Source: Octopus bimaculoides (taxonomy: Eukaryota). Taken from it: 64,000 nucleotides of DNA. The stretch's first letter is position 1; every line of letters begins with the position of its first letter. Shown here in pieces: positions 25,845 through 38,429 of this stretch. The stretch covers positions 21,902,997 through 21,966,996 of the forward strand of contig NC_069000.1 in assembly GCF_001194135.2 (NCBI RefSeq). The letters are read 5' to 3'. A model generated the notes under the pieces. The model did not search any database. It was given only the letters and a program-made list of their open reading frames with translations, and was not told the origin of the DNA. The position numbers and the translations under genes are program-made.

Positions 25845-26040
25845 TTTTCATCTCATTACTTGTTTCAGTCATTTGACTGTGGCCATGCTGGGGTATTGCT
25901 TTGAAGGTCTTAGTTGAACAAATCAATTCTAGGATTTTTTTTTTTTTTAAGCCTAGTATTTATTCTATCAGTCTCTTTTGCCAAACCACTAAGTTATGAG
26001 GATGTAAACATACCAACACTAGTTATTAAGCTATGGTGGA

Positions 26041-26085
<45 letters not shown>

Positions 26086-26213
26086 TATAATGAGCTTCTT
26101 TCAGTTTCCATCAGCCAAATCCACTCACAAGGATTTGGTTGGCTCGAGGCTATTGTAGAAGACAGGTGCCATGCAGTTGGGAAGCAGGCTTCTTAACACA
26201 CAGCCATGCCTGC
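25845..26213 (-). mobile_element. Family B SINE with (CA)n hinge
   Basis: Head, hinge and 3' module all present. Confidence 0.85.
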
Positions 26214-26306
26214 ACACACACAGAGAATCTTTAAACTGGATGACACATTGGTGTATCAGCCTTATAAAGAACAGAAATCTTTAAACTGGAAGGCAAAGAA
26301 ATTCTT

Positions 26307-26578
26307 GAAGTAGTTGTATGCTGTCAACTTAATGTGACAGTTCTCTGAAGGGAATAATACTACTGTTGGTTAGACCTAGGAAGCTGCACTGCTTCCTGTC
26401 GGCCTTGACACATTTCCTATGTTCTTATGTTTAGAAGGGGGACACAAGAGGGAGACATAAGGACACAGGAAATGTGTCAAGGCCGACAGGAAGTGTTGCA
26501 GCTTCCTAGGTTTAACCAATAGTAGTATTATTCCCTTCAGGGGACTGTCACATTAAGTTGACAGCATACAACTACTTC
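26307..26578. mobile_element. Palindromic MITE-like foldback element, long form (272 bp)
   Basis: Inverted arms of about 112-124 bp around a ~24-nt loop; outer 78 bp shared with 677-838. Confidence 0.8.
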
Positions 26579-26898
26579 ATTGTATCACTACTGTATAAAT
26601 CTCTCTGAGAGATTTAGAAATGTATTATTTCTAAAAAGAAATAATACAGGGATTTTAAAATTTGCCATCTTTGTTGTCTTCACATGCATTGTGTTTCACA
26701 AACTGTGATAGAAATTTCCAAATAAATACATATTCATCCACAGTATTATCTGGCATTACATTTATAAGCAAGACAGGGTCTTATATAGGTAAGACTTTTT
26801 TTCTCTCTTTCACCCCACCTCTTACTGTGTGTGTGTGTTTATTTTTCTATGTATGTGTGTGTTTATATGTATACGATTGAAATTTCAACTGTATATAA

Positions 26899-26930
<32 letters not shown>

Positions 26931-26932
<2 letters not shown>

Positions 26933-27078
26933 GGAGTAAGCACATAAAATGTGCAACAAGGTGGAAAAAAGAGTACTCAAATACCAGAGGTAGAGTAATA
27001 TGCTTTATTTAAAAGCAGCAGAAATATAACAAAAAACCGTTACTCTGAGTTTCACGTTCCCGTTCATCGGACAGTTTT

Positions 27079-27081
<3 letters not shown>
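26931..27081 (-). mobile_element. Penelope-like pseudo-LTR unit carrying a hammerhead, embedded in (TA)n
   Basis: Bounded by (TA)n on both sides; homologous to 56840-56975, which precedes a PLE ORF. Confidence 0.7.
27033..27078 (-). ncRNA. Minimal type-I hammerhead ribozyme
   Basis: AAAACUGU-CCGAUGA-ACG(GGAA)CGU-GAAA-CUC(A)GAG-UA-ACGGUUUU: 8-bp stem I, 3-bp stem II, palindromic stem III, GUA site; core has U4C. Confidence 0.72.
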
Positions 27082-27110
<29 letters not shown>

Positions 27111-27114
<4 letters not shown>

Positions 27115-27480
27115 GAGTTTGGAGGGATATATTATCTGGGTGGATACTGAATTTGCTCTTAGTTAAGTTCCAGTTAACAGCTAACCACACCAATCAATAT
27201 CTAATGTCTGTGTCTACATTTAGTTGTTAGTCACTTTGTGAATTCTTCACATAGGTAGTTCCATGTACTCTTCGCTGGATGGTAAAGATTGTCTGTCGTA
27301 AATATTAATATGAACTCCAGACTATTAAATTATATGCACCTTCTCATTGACTTAAAACCGTGTACTGTTCTGACTGACAGGTCTTAAGCCGGGCTGGGCG
27401 TATGTCGGATTTATATTTTTCAAAACTATTTTCATTCAAATATAACTGGTGCTTGAAAGCAACTGAGTGAGAGACAGTGC
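27111..27480 (-). mobile_element. Probable decayed PLE ORF C-terminus
   Basis: SYI*...LKNINPTY...NEKVHII weakly resembles the PLE C-terminal YIW-x-LK...EK-x-x-II; lies upstream of the hammerhead unit. Confidence 0.35.
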
Positions 27481-27626
27481 CAGGCAGTGGATGCCTAGGT
27501 CTAAGGGAGGTCTGTGTTGCCAGATGCTGCCATATTTATCCTATGTGCAGTTGCCTAAAGTCTGACAACCGATTAAAAAAATTTTTTTCATTTAAAAAAA
27601 ATTTTTCTTTGGTTGTAAAGTCAAGG

Positions 27627-27690
<64 letters not shown>

Positions 27691-27739
27691 ATATACAAAC
27701 AATATATGAGTATATGCATATATATGTACATGTATGTAC

Positions 27740-28090
27740 ATACCTTCATCTACATGTACATATAGATACATAACTGGGTACATGACGTGGCAAAAGAACA
27801 TGGACAAAATGATAAACAAGGTACAACAAACAAGCAGGTCACATAGAAACATCTCCTTCATCAGCTGCCACCATTAAAACCCCGGCGTTTCGAAAAATTA
27901 AGGCAGTACGCATCGTTAAAATGGTTCTTCCCACGAACACAAATTAAATTTTTTTTGTGGAGGGTAGTGGCGGACGGAAAACAAGACAGGAAAACGAAAC
28001 GGTGAAATAAACAAACAAAAAGGCTGTACAGCCAGACGTGAAGTGTGTATGTATAGAACGCTGTGAGGCATGAACTGGAGAGGCGAAGAA
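27740..28090. mobile_element. CpG-rich repeat, probably PLE terminal region
   Basis: CTTCATCAG and CGTTTCG motifs, high CpG content, flanked by (TA)n and a SINE. Confidence 0.35.
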
Positions 28091-28258
28091 GTACGTGCGA
28101 GCTTCTTTCAGTTTCCGTCTACCAAATCCACTCATAAGGCTTTGGTCGGCCCGAGGCTATAGTAGAAGACACTGGCCCAAGTTGCCACGCAGTGGGACTG
28201 AACCCGGAATGATGTGGCTGGTAAGCAAGCTACTTACCACACAGCCACTCCTGTGCCT
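28091..28258 (-). mobile_element. Family B SINE head, CpG-intact (young)
   Basis: TTTCCGTCTACC, GGTCGGCCCGAGG, GCCACGCAGTGGGACTGAACCCGGAA. Confidence 0.9.
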
Positions 28259-28499
28259 ATATACATATATATACATACATACATATATATATGTATACAC
28301 ACATACATATATATATGTATACACACATGCATATATATATATATATTGGTTGAAATGGTGATTTATATATGTTCCCCTTGTTCTTAACTGATTTCATTCA
28401 TTGTTTTCTGGCCATGCAGTGGCACCTCTTTTGACTCCATCAAGGGATTATATTTTTTAGTTGTTTATACTTGCTTTTTAGCACCAAGTTAACTTTAAT

Positions 28500-28680
28500 A
28501 AAATAGTTTTATCATAAAGAAGTATTCTAGTCATGACCATTCCATCTCTTACAATACATGGCATTTCAAAACATCCTTTCCGTAATTATAGTAGGATATG
28601 GTTTGAGGGAGATTTGGCTGCCATTTCTAGCAGGTCGACTGACCATGTGGCTCGCTTGTTGGCTCATTTGTATGTTTTTG
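28500..28680 (-). mobile_element. Interspersed repeat family D
   Basis: TTTGAGGGAGATTTGGCTGCCATTTCTAGCAGGTCGA. Confidence 0.6.
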
Positions 28681-30112
28681 TTTTAGTTGGCTATTTATCA
28701 GTGTCAGTACTCTTATGAGGAACCAAAAGCAAGTAATCTTTTTGGCATGAAGGTAGATACTGCAGGATAATCTTCAATGTACTGTTTTTTGCTCCCATCA
28801 CATTGATATATAATATTGTACATGCTAGGCATTTCCATGTTTCCATGTAGCAAATTCAACTCCCAAGGTATTTGATCGACCTGAGGCACTTGCCTAAGGT
28901 GCCATGTAGTGGGTTAGAAATGAACAGAACTATCTGGTTGTAAAGTAAACATCTTAGTCCCACAGCCATGCCTGCAACCAGAGTGTTTACGTTTCGGTTT
29001 AAGATAGATATACTTAGCTTGATTTATCATATGACATGCAAACAACATCACCATTATGGTTATCAACAGTTCCAGAATATTCTTCATTTGTTTGTGGAGA
29101 GAGGGAGTTGTGCACGAGAGGTTTAATATTGGAGGATGTTGGACACAAATTATCTCAGAATAGATTATTGTTAGAACAGGGCTCCAGATCTAATTCTAAG
29201 GCAAACCAAAATGATTGAGGACTTTAACAGCTTCTTACAGCCTTCCTCCAAGTCCATAAATTCTGTGAGATAATCAAATGATCGTTAGTTATGTACTGCT
29301 TCCATTCCTTACAGTTGTGAAATATTTCTACCCATGCTACCTCAGGAGACTAATTAAGTTTTAGTGGATTTTACCACCTGTGCTTTTAACACAGAATATT
29401 AAGCTTCAAGCCTGAAGTTTTGTTGCCCAACACGTCATTGGACTTGATTAGCTGCAACTGTACATGCAATTTTTTTTTTTTACTTTTTAAAATTAGACAA
29501 GCAGGTAGTTAGATAAATAGTGTAAGACAGTCAAACTGATACACAACTTTTATAAAGTAACATGCAACAGATAGAAACATTTCCTCCATCTGGTCTTAGT
29601 GTAAATAAAATATTTTGCTGTTTACCCATCATTCCATCCAAATTCCTTTGCCAGCTATTTAGAGAAAGAGTCTCAGTTTCCATTACGTCATTACTGCATC
29701 AATTTGAGCCATAGCATACTGAGATGGAGTGGTGGGTGAAAAGGCGTGGTTGTTTGGCAGTGTGGTTAGCTGGTTTGTATGCCACACAAACAACCACTAT
29801 CTGCACTTCCATGCAAACATTGTCACCATGACAACAACTTGTTAGAGTTTTGTTTTTCTTCAACTGGCATGGCTTTTAGATTTTTCTCTTTATCAGTTTT
29901 GTTTTTATCATAAATTGTTTGTTTTTTGTTTGGGAGTTTTTTTATTTAAAAAAAAAAAAAATCATGTTGTTGTTTAGGGATTTGCCTCTGTCTTCATTCC
30001 CCTTGCTGCGTCTACTTGCTTTGTAACATTGGACTAAACATGTTGCCTTCATTATCATCCAAGCCAGTAAATTACCACCATCACATTAACTGTCAACACC
30101 ACTACTACCATA

Positions 30113-30143
<31 letters not shown>

Positions 30144-30289
30144 TCAGAACTATCCTTCTCATCACTGCCTGAGCCAACAAAAAGATCTCTACTCGGCCTG
30201 CTAGAAACAGCACTCCAACCTGCACCAAATCACAACATACCCTGTTAAAATGACAAAAGACACATTGGATAATCTAGTCTTTTACTTAT

Positions 30290-30447
30290 ATCATCATCGT
30301 CGTTTAACGTCCGCTTTCCATGCTAGCATGGGTTGGACGATTTGACTGAGGACTGGTGAACCAGATGGCTACACCAGGCTCCAATCTGATTTGGCAGAGT
30401 TTCTACAGCTGGATGCCCTTCCTAACGCCAACCACTCAGAGAGTGTA

Positions 30448-30450
<3 letters not shown>
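30290..30450 (-). mobile_element. Young RTE 3' tail
   Basis: Only a few differences from 52185-52335 over about 150 bp. Confidence 0.9.
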
Positions 30451-30481
<31 letters not shown>

Positions 30482-30997
30482 NNNNNNNNNNNNNNNNNNN
30501 NNNNNNNNNNNNNNNNNNNNNNNNNNNNNNNNNNNNNNNNNNNNNNNNNNNNNNNNNNNNNNNNNNNNNNNNNNNNNNNNNNNNNNNNNNNNNNNNNNNN
30601 NNNNNNNNNNNNNNNNNNNNNNNNNNNNNNNNNNNNNNNNNNNNNNNNNNNNNNNNNNNNNNNNNNNNNNNNNNNNNNNNNNNNNNNNNNNNNNNNNNNN
30701 NNNNNNNNNNNNNNNNNNNNNNNNNNNNNNNNNNNNNNNNNNNNNNNNNNNNNNNNNNNNNNNNNNNNNNNNNNNNNNNNNNNNNNNNNNNNNNNNNNNN
30801 NNNNNNNNNNNNNNNNNNNNNNNNNNNNNNNNNNNNNNNNNNNNNNNNNNNNNNNNNNNNNNNNNNNNNNNNNNNNNNNNNNNNNNNNNNNNNNNNNNNN
30901 NNNNNNNNNNNNNNNNNNNNNNNNNNNNNNNNNNNNNNNNNNNNNNNNNNNNNNNNNNNNNNNNNNNNNNNNNNNNNNNNNNNNNNNNNNNNNNNNN
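30482..30997. other. Assembly gap inside (TA)n
   Basis: N run. Confidence 1.
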
Positions 30998-31589
30998 TAT
31001 ATATATACATATACATACACTAATGTGATAGGAGAGTATTGTAGTTCGCTTGAAGCATTGTGTATTGTTTGTAAAGAATAATATATTTTGTAAAGATGCT
31101 TGATTTGCTAGAGTTTGTCTCCACCTTCATAATCTTCAGCCTGTAATTTCAAGGCAAATGGCTGGTCAGTTACTGAGCTACATTTCATAATGCCAAATAA
31201 ATTGGTTGTTTTGAAATGCAATTCCTTGTTGATTTCCATTATCACTATCTACTATTTTTCTTGTCTGTTTGTCCCCCACTTTGACTAGTGTATAGCACTT
31301 CTTGCTCCAACTTACTCTCAGTTCAGTTGTTTCACTCAAACTCATATTTGTTTTTTTCTCTCCCTGTAGTTTGTCACTCCAAATAGTCAGTACAATAAAC
31401 ACTACATCCATTAGTTCATTCTCATTTTAATTCTCCTACTGTCACTCACTCTTTGCTTCTTGTTTGACCACCTCCCACTTTTCACACTGACTCGTTTGCA
31501 TGATAGAACCAGCAAAACAAAGGTGACATTTGAATAAATTCTTAAGTGAAGGGAAAAAGACTTGTAAGCTTTATTGTCTTAATATCATC

Positions 31590-31873
31590 ATCACCTTCAT
31601 CATTTATTACCTGCTTTTCCATGCTTGCATGGATTGGACAAAATTTATTGAAGCTAGTTTTCTATAGCTAGATTGGATACTCTTCTTGTTGCCAATCATC
31701 AGCTGTTCCCAAGCAAGCTAATGTTTCCTTTTGCCCATTGAATCTGATCAGCACAATAGCTGGTTATAGCTTCCCAGAATATTGCAAGTGAATGACATTG
31801 CTTGCATGGAGGTAACATTTGTCTAGAATTTACATGCAATATCAAGACAAGGAAACACTCACACACACGCGCG

Positions 31874-31908
<35 letters not shown>

Positions 31909-32000
31909 ACACACACCCATACACACACACACACTTCTTTCAGTTCTTACATTGTGGGATTGAACTCAAAACCTTGTGGTTGAGAAGCAAACTTTTTTAT
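31590..32000 (-). mobile_element. SINE: B-type head fragment, (CA)n hinge, RTE-tail module
   Basis: Same layout as 34912-35350. Confidence 0.65.
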
Positions 32001-32099
32001 CACACAACCTCCTCTTTGCCTTTTCCATTCCTTTTAGTTAATCTAATCAAAATAACTTTTATAACATTTTAGCTGTTCCCAATATGAAAACTCTGAGTA

Positions 32100-32570
32100 A
32101 TAATTCTATCGTACAATATACTTTGACCTTCTCTATCCATTTTGCAATGTTGTTCTCCACTGTCCCGGATACTCCTATAGTTACTGGTATGACAGACATC
32201 TTCTTTATTTTCTACATCCTAATAATTTCCTGCTTCAACTTATTATAATTTGTCAACTTTTCTGCTTCTATAGTTACTCTTCATGTGTTGAACAGACATG
32301 ATGGTCCAATAAGGAAATGTTTCTTATGGATTTTATCAACAGCCTGGTGTTAGTATCTTGTGCTCTGTTAGTTTGGGAAAATCCCACAAGATGCAACTCT
32401 CTGATTCAAAATGTTCTTGCAGGCTGGTGTTCACAACCATGCCTTTCCATGCTCAAACCCCCATTTCTGACAAACTTTCCAGCCACTGTATATTAACTTG
32501 ATCGTGCCACCACTTGTACTCTCTGCAAATCACAAACATTCAGACACTAAATGGGCCACTGAAAAATCAT
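32100..32570 (-). mobile_element. R4/Dong LINE fragment (zinc-knuckle end through RLE)
   Basis: HLVSEC...EYKWWHDQV...WCEHQP...ILWDF...AEKLTNYNKLKQEIIRM...VIPVTIGVSGTV, with frameshifts. Confidence 0.8.
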
Positions 32571-32594
32571 CATCATCATCATCATTATTAATAT

Positions 32595-32810
32595 TAAAGG
32601 CAGTGAGCTGGCAGAATCATTAGCACACCAGGTGAAATGCTTTACAGCATTCCACTCATCTTTATATTCTGAGTTAAAATTCCACCGGGGTTGACTTTGC
32701 CCTTCAATCTTTTAGGATCAATAAAATAAGTACCAGTTGAACACTGGGATCAATGTAGTCGACTTAGCCCCTCCCCCAAATTGCTGGCCTTGTGCCAAAA
32801 TATGAAACCC

Positions 32811-32862
<52 letters not shown>

Positions 32863-32870
32863 CATCATTA
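32595..32870 (+). mobile_element. Family A SINE with long (ATT)n tail
   Basis: GGCAGTGAGCTGGCAGAATC...CCTTGTGCCAAAATATGAAACCC then (TTA)n. Confidence 0.85.
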
Positions 32871-32947
32871 CACTCACACACATACATTCAGTGTTTTGTC
32901 CTGTGCTGTCCATAATGTTTTTCCTTGATGTAAATCCTTTGTGGTCA

Positions 32948-32980
<33 letters not shown>

Positions 32981-33894
32981 TAGGTGGCACTGTCCAGGTT
33001 TTTCCATATTCCTTACAAAAAACTGTGATTGGGACATTGATTCTTTTCTTCTTTTTTAAAACAAGTTGGAGGTTGTTATTTTCAGCTCAAATGAAATATT
33101 AAGAATTTACAAGTATAAAGAGTCTTGATGACCACAAATAAACAGGTACTGTGGGAGGAATATAAGTGGTACAGTGGGGATAGAGAGGGATGTTTCATAA
33201 GAGTGTGAGGAGAGATATTTAGAGATGAGGAAGAGGTAAACATCTCCCATCACACTCTTTCCATCATATCAGAATCGTTTTCCAAAGTTTTTGCTCAAAA
33301 CACCAACTTGATAATGACAAAGTTAGTTAGCTACATTATTACTAAATCCCTCCAAATTCTCGGTTATTTTCCTAATTAAATGTAACACAATTGGCAGTGC
33401 ATTTTATTAGAAATATGATCACAAAGAGGAAAAGATGACTAAAGTTACACTGAAAGCTTTCTGTCAAAAAATTGCTCAAATCTTATAAATGTCTCCTTTA
33501 GGATGTAATGCCCCATCTGGGATTATAACTGCTTGTTGTTTCTCAAGTCTGCTTCAAAGCAGTTGATCTACTGTTGTGGCATTCCTGTCTTATTTTCAGA
33601 AATTGTACTACCTTATCTGATGCACCTTCCATTTTTAAGATCATGATTTAGCTGCTATTTCCAGCGGGTTAAACTACCATATAGAGGCCTCTTTCATCAG
33701 CAGTGTGTCAAGATGCAGAAAGAGTTACTAGTATAGAGTCTGTATTTCTTATTTCATGGATAGCAGTATTTGTGTGTGAACATAAATTGAGCATCTTTGG
33801 TTTGCATATTCCTTGCATTTAGGATTTGGAATATAATATCTCCATGCATTTGATTCTCAAAATTTGTAAAGTAGTAAATTAGTTTTATATATCA

Positions 33895-34125
33895 TCATCA
33901 CCATCATCATCATCACCATCATCATCACCATCATCATCATCATCATTGTTTAATGCCTGCTTTTCATGCTGGCATGGGTTGGATGGTTTGACATGGAGCT
34001 AGCTAGCAGGAAGCTGTCCAGACTCCAGCTGTCTGTTGAGGCATGGTTTCTACAGCTGGATGCCCTCCCTATTGCCAACCACTTAACAAAGTGTGCTGGG
34101 TCCTTTTTACGTGCCACTGACATGG
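33895..34125 (-). mobile_element. RTE 3' tail with long (CAT)n
   Basis: GTTTAATGCCTGCTTTTCATGCTGGCATGGGTTGG...GGATGCCCTCCC. Confidence 0.8.
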
Positions 34126-34339
34126 GTATGTTCACTTGATTTTCTGTCTGAAGAATTTGTAATAGAAGATATCTTACATGTTTCTCTGACATGTACAATT
34201 TTGTAACTCCTATTAACAAATGAAACATGTGTAATGGTGAATAACTAATACTAAACATTTTTTCTAATCTTCTGTTTTGATATGTAATTACTCTGCAAAA
34301 ACTTATTTACCAGTATTTTTCAACTCTTATGCATGCCTC

Positions 34340-34540
34340 ACATAATTATAACATCTACATCCAATTTTGGATGTACTGGTCAAATCTAGCCTTTTACCTA
34401 CACCTAATAATATCATTCAAAACATAAGCAATCACATCATTGTAATCCTCAAAGCTGCAAAGATAATGCATGATTAATTCAAATCAATCTGAATGAATAT
34501 GTATTATATTTGACAGTAATCTGAATGCTGAAGGGTTAAA
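34340..34540. mobile_element. piggyBac-like MITE fragment
   Basis: Ends AATGCTGAAGGG-TTAA; same body as the copies at 58938-59745. Confidence 0.55.
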
Positions 34541-34911
34541 ATGCACACATCTCATTATGTGGATAGGAAGGTAGCTTGAAAGCCATGTGGTTCTTGGTTC
34601 AAGTTCATTGTGCAGCACCCTGTACAATAAATCTTCTACAATAACTCTAGGTTGAACAATGCTTTCTAAATAAAATTTTGGTAGATGGAAATTTTGCATG
34701 CTTGTGTGTGTGCATGCGCTCACACACACACATGTCAGTGAAAAAAAAACATCAAACAAGTATACTTGTAGTGTTTATTCTGCCTAAATTACACAAACAT
34801 TTCCAAGTCAGTCTCATCATCAAGAAATACAGTGTTTGATCTCTTGGAAACCTCTATCTAACACTTATTGTTCACAAAATTTCATGGTATACGATTTCAT
34901 AAAATCCCAGG

Positions 34912-35073
34912 TGCAGGCATGGCTGTGTGGTTAGAAGTTCACATCCAAACATCATGGTTCTAGGTTCAGTCTCACTGTGTGGCATGTTGGGCAAGTGTCT
35001 TCTACTATTATTACCTTGGGCTGACCAAAGTGTTGTGAGTGGATTTGATAGACAGAAACAGGAAAAAAACCTG

Positions 35074-35113
<40 letters not shown>

Positions 35114-35350
35114 GTCTGTCTGTCTGTCCTTCCTTTGACATCGTGTGATGCTTGTAGAATGATTGTCACCATCATGCAAGCAATGTCCTTCATTTCCAAT
35201 CTTCCCTGGAACCCTGTCTGGTCATGGCGGAAATGTTACTTTACTTGAGGTGTGACAACAGGAAGAGCATCCAGCCATAGACAATGTGCCTCAACAAATT
35301 CCATTCAACCCATGCAAACATGGGAAAGTGGGCATTAAAAACAGTGATAA
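34912..35350 (+). mobile_element. SINE: B head, (TG)n hinge, RTE-tail module
   Basis: GGCATGGCTGTGTGGTTAG head, then after the hinge ACAGGAAGAGCATCCAGCC...CCCATGCAAACATGGGAAAGTGG. Confidence 0.8.
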
Positions 35351-38269
35351 TGCACTTTTATGCAGTTGGAATTCACCTGTTAATAAGCAGGACTACTCAC
35401 GCTTGCCTACTATTTAGAACAGTCGGATAAGATTTGCAATAAATCTGTTTGCTATTTTTAGCAGGTCGAATGTTCACATTAGAGACTCACTCATTAGTTC
35501 ATGGTATCCCCTTGTTGGTTCATGAAACATAGGTGAGATAGTTGAGTGAGCAACGACTGTTTTTAACCCTAGTGAACAGATCACAACACTTATCACTGGC
35601 TGTTTGAGTGGAGTGTCTGACACTTTCTTAAACAGCTGTCTGACTCGATAGCTTGACACGTCAGCTTAGTAATTTATTTCAGTTCAGACCCACTTATTGA
35701 TTTTTCTCCATCTACCACTCCCTCCATCCCGCTTTCTTTTTCTCACTGTCGTTCTTTCATGCTCTCAACAACACCATCATCATCATCACACTACAAATAC
35801 TACCATATCACCACCACTGCCATACTATAAGCATCAGACCGCCGTCTCCACACAACCACTGCATCCATAAAGGCACCACCATATGACAAACGTTGTATCA
35901 CCTCCGTCACCGTATATTTACAGCATCTACAACACCGACATTATACCATCATCATCATTATTTCCTGGCAATGTCTGAAAATCCAAAGGAAATTCTTTAA
36001 TCTATTACATTACAGAATACTGTGGTTGGTGTCAAAATCAATACACCTTGTGGCTAATCTTTTGTGCCATACACGCATACACACACACACACACATGCAT
36101 ATATACATTAACACATTCTCAAATATACTTGTATATATTCATACCCATACATATGCAGACATACCTATACATATGCATATAAATATATAAAATAAATTGT
36201 TAATAAATGGATCGTCTGTTTGTTTTGACTGTGACTGCTCCACTTGTTTGATCATCTGAACGGCCTACTCCTTGTATTATAGTGTGAGTGGCTGAGTATA
36301 CCACAGAAAAATCAATGCACTTGATGTAATCTTCAGGTAAAAATCAGCACACAACAGAATGTAACAATGCTAGACCCTTTTAATTACAGGTACTATTCAC
36401 TCAAGGGGCTTTTATAGTTCCTGTCTGCCCAATTTCATTCACAAGACTGAGGTCGTCATAAAGGATTGAACTCGGGATCTTATGATTGGGAAGCAAACTT
36501 CTTAACCATTAGCCTATGCTTGTGTTTCCATGTACATAAATGCATACACATACACACAGGCAGACGAGCAGACAAATATACAGGGATATATATACATACG
36601 CACTACTGTGCTGCAGCTGCTGCTGTTATAGATGCAGACAAACTGCAGCAGCTGCAGCTGCAATGGTCATTATGACAGCAACTGTAGATATGCTTGGGAG
36701 GAGGAGGTGTTGGTGGTACTGGCAGTGGTATAGTTGGGGTTGTAGTGGGCAGTAAGTTGTTAGGGGTGGTGGCATTTAGAGATTGTGGTGACAATAGTGT
36801 GGTTTCGATTGAAGGAGGAGGGGGGTAGAATCAGTGTGATGGCAGCAGTGGTGGTTGTTGGAAGTGGTGAGGTAGAACAAAAAAGCGGGACTCTAGTAGT
36901 GGTGATAGTAGTTGGGTGGTGGTGGTGGTGGTGGTGGTGGTGGTAGTGAGGAAGGATGGGGGGGAGTACTTGTAGATGGTAGATGATGGTGACAGTGGGT
37001 CTGAGAGGTCGATCGAGATGGGTGGGGTTGATTGCTGTCGTGGGACCTTAATGTCTTTGGTATCCATTGCTTCTGATGTGCGTACATGTAGTGGGGATAC
37101 TTGTGGCCCACCCACCCTTTATAGAGTGTGGGTTGTTGTGGATTATGTGTGAGGACAAGTAGCTTGAAAAAAGATGAAGTGGGGTGTGGGTAAAGGTGGG
37201 TTAATGTTCTAGAAAAAAGGGTTTCAATGTTGGAGTGGAGGAGGTGAGGGAGTTATGGGTGGTGGTTGTGTTTGTTGTTGTTGTTGTTGTTTAACCCTCA
37301 GGTCATCTCTGATATAACATACTATGGTCAATCACATTCTGTGGTTCTGGCCTATTCAGATATACCAGTTAAGTGAAACCTATCGTAGGTAATGTATTAG
37401 TCCCTTCATGATTATAAGATTTTCATGCAAAAGGCGTTCTGAGTAATTAGCCCTACCATCCCCTGGTCAGTCTCTGTATTCAGATATAGTTTATCTCACA
37501 CTACATTATTCAATATATCCTACCTTATTCTTAAGTCTGTAGACTGTGACATCAAAAATCTTGCTGTTATTTCTAGTATGTCAAGTGACCACATTGTCTC
37601 TTCTAATGATTTGTGAAAGGGTGGTCCTAGGTTGATAGGTTGTGTGCAGGTGTAATGTGGTTCTATGTATATGGTATTTGTTGGAATCTGTGTGTGTGTG
37701 TGTGTTGATGGATATCTGCAAGTAATTCATATGTGTGTGTTTATGTATGTTACGGACAGGTGTCTGTATGAGGTGTGTATGCATGATATGTATATATGAT
37801 ATGTATATATGATGTGTATATATGATGTGTATATATGCATGATATTGACTGCGTGTGTATATGAATGTAGAAGGTGGGGAAAACGTCTGGATCTGATGTT
37901 GGTAGGACACTAAAAGAATAGATGTATGTGCATGTGATGTTTATGAGTGAGAGAGAGAGAGTGTGTGTGTGTGTGTGTGTTTCCCATGAGCCAGTCAGGA
38001 ATTACTCCTTGTTTTATGTTCCTTGTCTTTAGCACTATGGAATTACTTTGCAGGATTCAATACATTCCCCCCCCCCTCACTCTCTCCTCCTCCTCCTCTT
38101 CCCAACTGCTGACACCCATTGCTTTTTATCCTCTTACCACCACCACCAACAACTACAACAGAAATAACACCTTTACATCACACTTCTTTTTCACTTAATT
38201 TCTTTTTTTTCTTTAATAAAACTATTTTAATCTTCAACTGTTGCTACCAGCCACATCCAGCTAATTTAA

Positions 38270-38323
38270 ATGAATACAGGTGGTGGACGAGGCGATAATG
38301 GTGGTAATAGTCGGGTAGGAGCA
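38270..38323 (+). CDS. Candidate first coding exon MNTGGGRGDNGGNSRVGA
   Basis: ATG at 38270, consensus donor GTAAGT at 38324, Gly-rich peptide, CpG-retaining context; weak start context. Confidence 0.27.
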
Positions 38324-38369
38324 GTAAGTTACATTGCATGCATTTGATCACATGCTACAAAATTAGCCA

Positions 38370-38411
<42 letters not shown>

Positions 38412-38429
38412 ATGAGATATATTACCGAT

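Noticed and set aside
30016-30204. His/Gln-rich 62-aa ORF
   Set aside because: Built from (CAT)n/(CAG)n runs and ends inside a family D repeat
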